Below are positions 60,660 through 64,000 of a stretch of 64,000 nt of DNA, in pieces; positions within the stretch are counted from its first letter, which is position 1, and the number at the start of each line of letters is the position of its first letter. The notes below the pieces were generated by a model, which was not told the origin of the DNA, made no database searches, and saw nothing but the letters and a program-made list of their open reading frames with translations. Source of the stretch: Longimicrobiales bacterium (GTDB lineage Bacteria; Gemmatimonadota; Gemmatimonadetes; Longimicrobiales; Gaopeijiaceae); contig CBDCKN010000013.1 of NCBI GenBank assembly GCA_965218295.1, forward strand, positions 256,001 through 320,000, in the 5' to 3' direction. A program made the position numbers and the translations under genes.

Positions 60660-63013
60660 TTGAAGCTCACCACAGTGACGCCGGCTCCGCCTTCAGTACG
60701 CCCACCAAGGCGGAAGTCCGCGACCCGACCGTCACTCTCCAGAATCTCCGTCACACGAGACCGCACTGCTCCCGTCCCCTTGCCGTGTATGATTCTGAGC
60801 TCCGGAAGGTCGTTCAGGATGGCCTCGTCCATGGCCTGGAAGAGCTCTTGCTCCACCTCGTCGACCCGGAAGCCACGGAGATCCACCTCCGTCCGGACGG
60901 GACCCGCAGGAGCGCTCCAGGACACCGACGTCGAACGCCGGTCGCGCCGAGTCTCCGAGCTCCCCAGGGGCTCGAGGTCAGTCAGGGGCACCTTCATCCG
61001 GATGCCGGACGCGTCGATGACGGCGCGGTCGTCCCTGACCTCCACCACCACCCCCTTGGGGCCTCCGTCGAGCACCCTCACCCGGTCTCCCGACGTCACC
61101 CCGAAGGAGCCGGACGATCCCAGCTCGCCGGGCCGCAGCTCGCGCTGACGCCGCGCGGCGTTCTCGACCTTGCGGCGGGCCTTCCGCGCCACCTCCTGGA
61201 GGTCCTCAGTGGCCCTGGCCTCCTTGACCTCGCGGATGGCGTCCTCCACCTCCGCCCGCGCCTCCATGAGCAGCTGCCGGGCCTCGTCCCGGGCCTTCCG
61301 CTCCGCCTCGCGCTCCTCTTTACGAAGATCGGACTCACGGGCTTCGAGCTCGGCTCGGAGGCTCTCCGCCACGCTCTGCTCTCGCTCCAGCGAAGCGACC
61401 AGCTCCCGGGCCTCCTTGTCCTTTCGCTCCAAACGCTCGAGAAGGTCCTCGATGGACGACTCAGCGCCCGACATGTTCTCGTCGGCCCGATCCAGGAGGG
61501 AAGGCGGAAGGCCCAGCCGGCGGGCGATGGCAAGGCCGTAGCTGCGGCCCGGCCGGCCCTTCACCAGCTCATAAGTGGGCTCCATGCGATCCGGATCGAA
61601 CTGCAGCGACGCGTTGACGATCCCGCTCCCCTCGGTGTCGAGTCGCTTGAGGGCTCCCAGATGAGAGGTGACGATGGCCATGGCACCACGCTGCACCAGA
61701 TCCCGCAGCAGCGCTATTGAGAGGGCTGCGCCTTCGGTGGGATCCGTCCCCGTCCCCATTTCGTCCAACAGCACGAGAGAACCCCGGTCGGCCTGCTCCG
61801 CCACCTCCTTCCAGTTCGCCACGTGGGCCGAGAACGTCGACAAGCTCTCCGCGATGGACTGCTCGTCTCCGATGTCGGCGAAGAAAGAGCGGAAGATCGG
61901 CAGGCGAGTGCCTTCGTCCACGGGCGGGATGACGCCACTCTGTGCCAGGGCCGTGATGAGACCTACCGCCTTCAGGAGGACACTCTTGCCACCGGTGTTG
62001 GGCCCGGAGACCACGAGCACGTGCTCTCCCGGGTCGAGCGTGAGGTGGAACGGCACGACCTCTCCGGCGGAGGTGGAGAGGAGTAGGGGATGCCTTCCTC
62101 GGACCAGCACCAACCGCTGGCCGTCCTCCGTGAACGCCGGCGGCACCGCCCCCCATTGCTGGGCGGCTCGGGCCCTCGCGTACAAGGAGTCGAACTCCAC
62201 GAGCGCGTCGAGGCTGCCGGTGAGGGCGTCCCGGCTCGGACGCAGAAGCTGGGTGACCTCCGTGAGAACCCGATGGACCTCACGGGCCTCCTCCCGCTCG
62301 AGGCCCCTCAGCTCGTTGGTGAGGGCCAGAGCCACGGGTGGCTCGACGAACAGGGTAGCGCCCGTGTGCGACTCGTCGTGGACGATCCCGCCTACTTCCT
62401 TCTTCCCCTCCCGGCGGATAGGGACTACGTACCGACCCTCCCGGACGCCGATGGACGCGTCGGCGACCGTGTACCGCTCGGGCAGATCGCGGACGAAGGC
62501 TTCCAGCTTCCGGACGATCTTCGAGTGGGCACTCCGAAGCCGGCTGCGGATCTTCTTCAGCTCGGAGCTGGCGGTATCCAACACCTCGCCGGAAGCGTCG
62601 ACGGTCTTTTCGACGCGGGCGACCGTCGACGGGTCGGTATGGAGCCGATCTCCCAGGAAGCCGAGCTCTGAAAAGGCCTCCCGGTGGGCGGCCAACGGAA
62701 GGGCAAGCTCCCCGGACGACGCCAGTAGTACTCCCAGCCAGTGAAGCTCCAGGCCTTCGAGCACGGCCCCATCCACCCCCAAGCGCGCGAGGGCTTCGGC
62801 ACAAGCGGGAATCGTGGGCGGTGCCCACGGGGAAAGGGATTCGATGAACGCTCCGGTCTCAGCGACACGGCCGAGCTCGAGCTCCAGCCACTCCCGATCG
62901 GCGCGCGGCCGCAGCGAGAGGACCGCCTCTTTGCCGGCTTCGGAGGACGCATAGCCCGCCACCAACTCCAAAGCCTGCGGAAAGTCCAGAACGGAGAGGG
63001 CATGCTCGCTCAT
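60656..63013 (-). CDS. mutS2: Endonuclease MutS2 (Smr domain)
   Basis: SGPNTGGKS, DIGDEQS, LSTFS.H, LDEMG.GTDP.EG, IIHGKGTG. Confidence 0.94.
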   Translation of the reverse strand: MSEHALSVLDFPQALELVAGYASSEAGKEAVLSLRPRADREWLELELGRVAETGAFIESLSPWAPPTIPACAEALARLGVDGAVLEGLELHWLGVLLASSGELALPLAAHREAFSELGFLGDRLHTDPSTVARVEKTVDASGEVLDTASSELKKIRSRLRSAHSKIVRKLEAFVRDLPERYTVADASIGVREGRYVVPIRREGKKEVGGIVHDESHTGATLFVEPPVALALTNELRGLEREEAREVHRVLTEVTQLLRPSRDALTGSLDALVEFDSLYARARAAQQWGAVPPAFTEDGQRLVLVRGRHPLLLSTSAGEVVPFHLTLDPGEHVLVVSGPNTGGKSVLLKAVGLITALAQSGVIPPVDEGTRLPIFRSFFADIGDEQSIAESLSTFSAHVANWKEVAEQADRGSLVLLDEMGTGTDPTEGAALSIALLRDLVQRGAMAIVTSHLGALKRLDTEGSGIVNASLQFDPDRMEPTYELVKGRPGRSYGLAIARRLGLPPSLLDRADENMSGAESSIEDLLERLERKDKEARELVASLEREQSVAESLRAELEARESDLRKEEREAERKARDEARQLLMEARAEVEDAIREVKEARATEDLQEVARKARRKVENAARRQRELRPGELGSSGSFGVTSGDRVRVLDGGPKGVVVEVRDDRAVIDASGIRMKVPLTDLEPLGSSETRRDRRSTSVSWSAPAGPVRTEVDLRGFRVDEVEQELFQAMDEAILNDLPELRIIHGKGTGAVRSRVTEILESDGRVADFRLGGRTEGGAGVTVVSFK

Positions 63014-63059
63014 CCCGCCGGACCCCATGCTGTCGGCCCCCGGGGGAGCGGCCTGCCTC

Positions 63060-63497
63060 TCACCCCAGCTCCTCCCGAACGATGCGGTTGGCCTCCTTGC
63101 CGTCGAAGCGTGCCCGGATCCGAGGCATGATCTGCCCCATGAGGGCACCCATCTGGTCGGCTCCTCCGGCGATGGCACTCTGCACCATCGCTCGCACCTC
63201 CGCCTCGGTGAGTGGCGGTGGGAGATAAACCCGAAGAATCTCGGCCTCGGCGTCTTCCTTGTCGGCCAGCTCGGGACGCCCGCCGGCTCTCATCTGCTCG
63301 GAAGAGTCACGGCGCTGCTTGATGGCCCTGGTGACGACGGCCTGAACACCCTCGTCGTGCAGCTCACCCTGCTCCTCGATCTCGCGGTTCCTGACCTCCG
63401 ACAGGAGCGTCGTAAGCACCACGGTTCGGAGCCAATCCCGAGCCTTTCGGGCTTCGATTAGGTCACTCTGGACATGTTGTTTGAGATCCGTCGACAT
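63060..63497 (-). CDS. GatB/YqeY domain protein
   Basis: K.RRDS...G.R.ELA.KE..E..IL..YLP, MG..M.. Confidence 0.9.
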   Translation of the reverse strand: MSTDLKQHVQSDLIEARKARDWLRTVVLTTLLSEVRNREIEEQGELHDEGVQAVVTRAIKQRRDSSEQMRAGGRPELADKEDAEAEILRVYLPPPLTEAEVRAMVQSAIAGGADQMGALMGQIMPRIRARFDGKEANRIVREELG

Positions 63498-63533
63498 GGG
63501 GCTGAAGCTACCCGAACCTCAAAACGGGGTCAA
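63498..63533 (-). promoter_or_regulatory. sigma70-type promoter, probably leaderless
   Basis: TTGACC-N17-TAGCTT-N7-ATG. Confidence 0.65.
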
Positions 63534-63640
63534 CGCGACCCCCATCCGGGAAACTCGCGTCCCTTCTAGCTATTCGGCGGCCCCGAAGCTTATGCTAATG
63601 ATTCGACGTCGGCCCGATCCATCGCACGACGGGAGGCCCC

Positions 63641-64000
63641 GTGAAGACCACTTCAGAGCACGCCCAGGAGATTCTCTGGCGCTCCTCATCTCCGGCGCTG
63701 CCCCTGGCGAGCCTGGTCGAAGCCCTGGAGCGGGAAACCGTCACGACGACGGGTGGCACGGAATCCGTGCTCCGCGAGCTCAGGACCCGCCCGGACCTCT
63801 TTCGGGTGCTGGACCCGCGCGTCGGGCCCTGGCGCAGCCGTGGAGCGATGTATGCGGAAATCCGGGCGTGGACCCCGGACCTCTCGGTCCTCGGCCTCCG
63901 CCCACGCCCGAGACCCTCCTCTCCGGTCCGCGCTCGACTGGCCGAGACCCTGCGCTCACTGGGACGCAGTGTGGATCAAGGCTCGGCTACGGCTACGGCC
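63641..64000 (+). CDS. Hypothetical protein (runs off window end)
   Basis: GGGAGG RBS, GTG start, frame open to the edge (..PDLFRVLDPRVGPWR..). Confidence 0.55.
   Translation, partial: MKTTSEHAQEILWRSSSPALPLASLVEALERETVTTTGGTESVLRELRTRPDLFRVLDPRVGPWRSRGAMYAEIRAWTPDLSVLGLRPRPRPSSPVRARLAETLRSLGRSVDQGSATATA

Overview
GC-rich bacterial chromosome segment. The gene neighbourhoods resemble Gemmatimonadota; this is inferred from gene order, not from a search. Most of the window is housekeeping genes on the minus strand, often joined by ATGA/GTGA overlaps: yqeY-mutS2-dnaG-Zn ribbon-recJ-rsmD-coaD-pta-rsbVWU-rsmA; rex-exonuclease-thiolase-hbd-acyl-CoA DH-Leu DH-glyA; nnr-thiL-plsC-eno-ftsB; tilS-hpt-ftsH-cdaA; exbBDD-tonB; yggS-divIVA-PNP-ileS-rluA. 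There are two accessory zones. (1) 1-5034: a DUF1156 DNA-methylase defence-type locus broken by nested IS481, IS3 and IS256 elements. (2) About 29.6-35.9 kb: a decayed island at the 3' end of a tRNA-Met, made of short unrelated gene fragments, two intact genes and an intact IS481. The best candidate for an undescribed system is 7.8-12.3 kb. It contains a DnaA paralogue with one intact and one degenerate AAA+ domain and no DNA-binding domain, directly followed by a DUF4388-TPR protein with an MshEN-like (c-di-GMP) motif and an HExxH peptidase-like protein. Other notable signals are a perfect Rex operator over a sigma70 promoter, recurring -10/N7/ATG leaderless promoters, and a GLHH-type IleRS2. 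Many single-base frameshifts, mostly in the first 10 kb, look like long-read errors, so pseudogene calls are uncertain.
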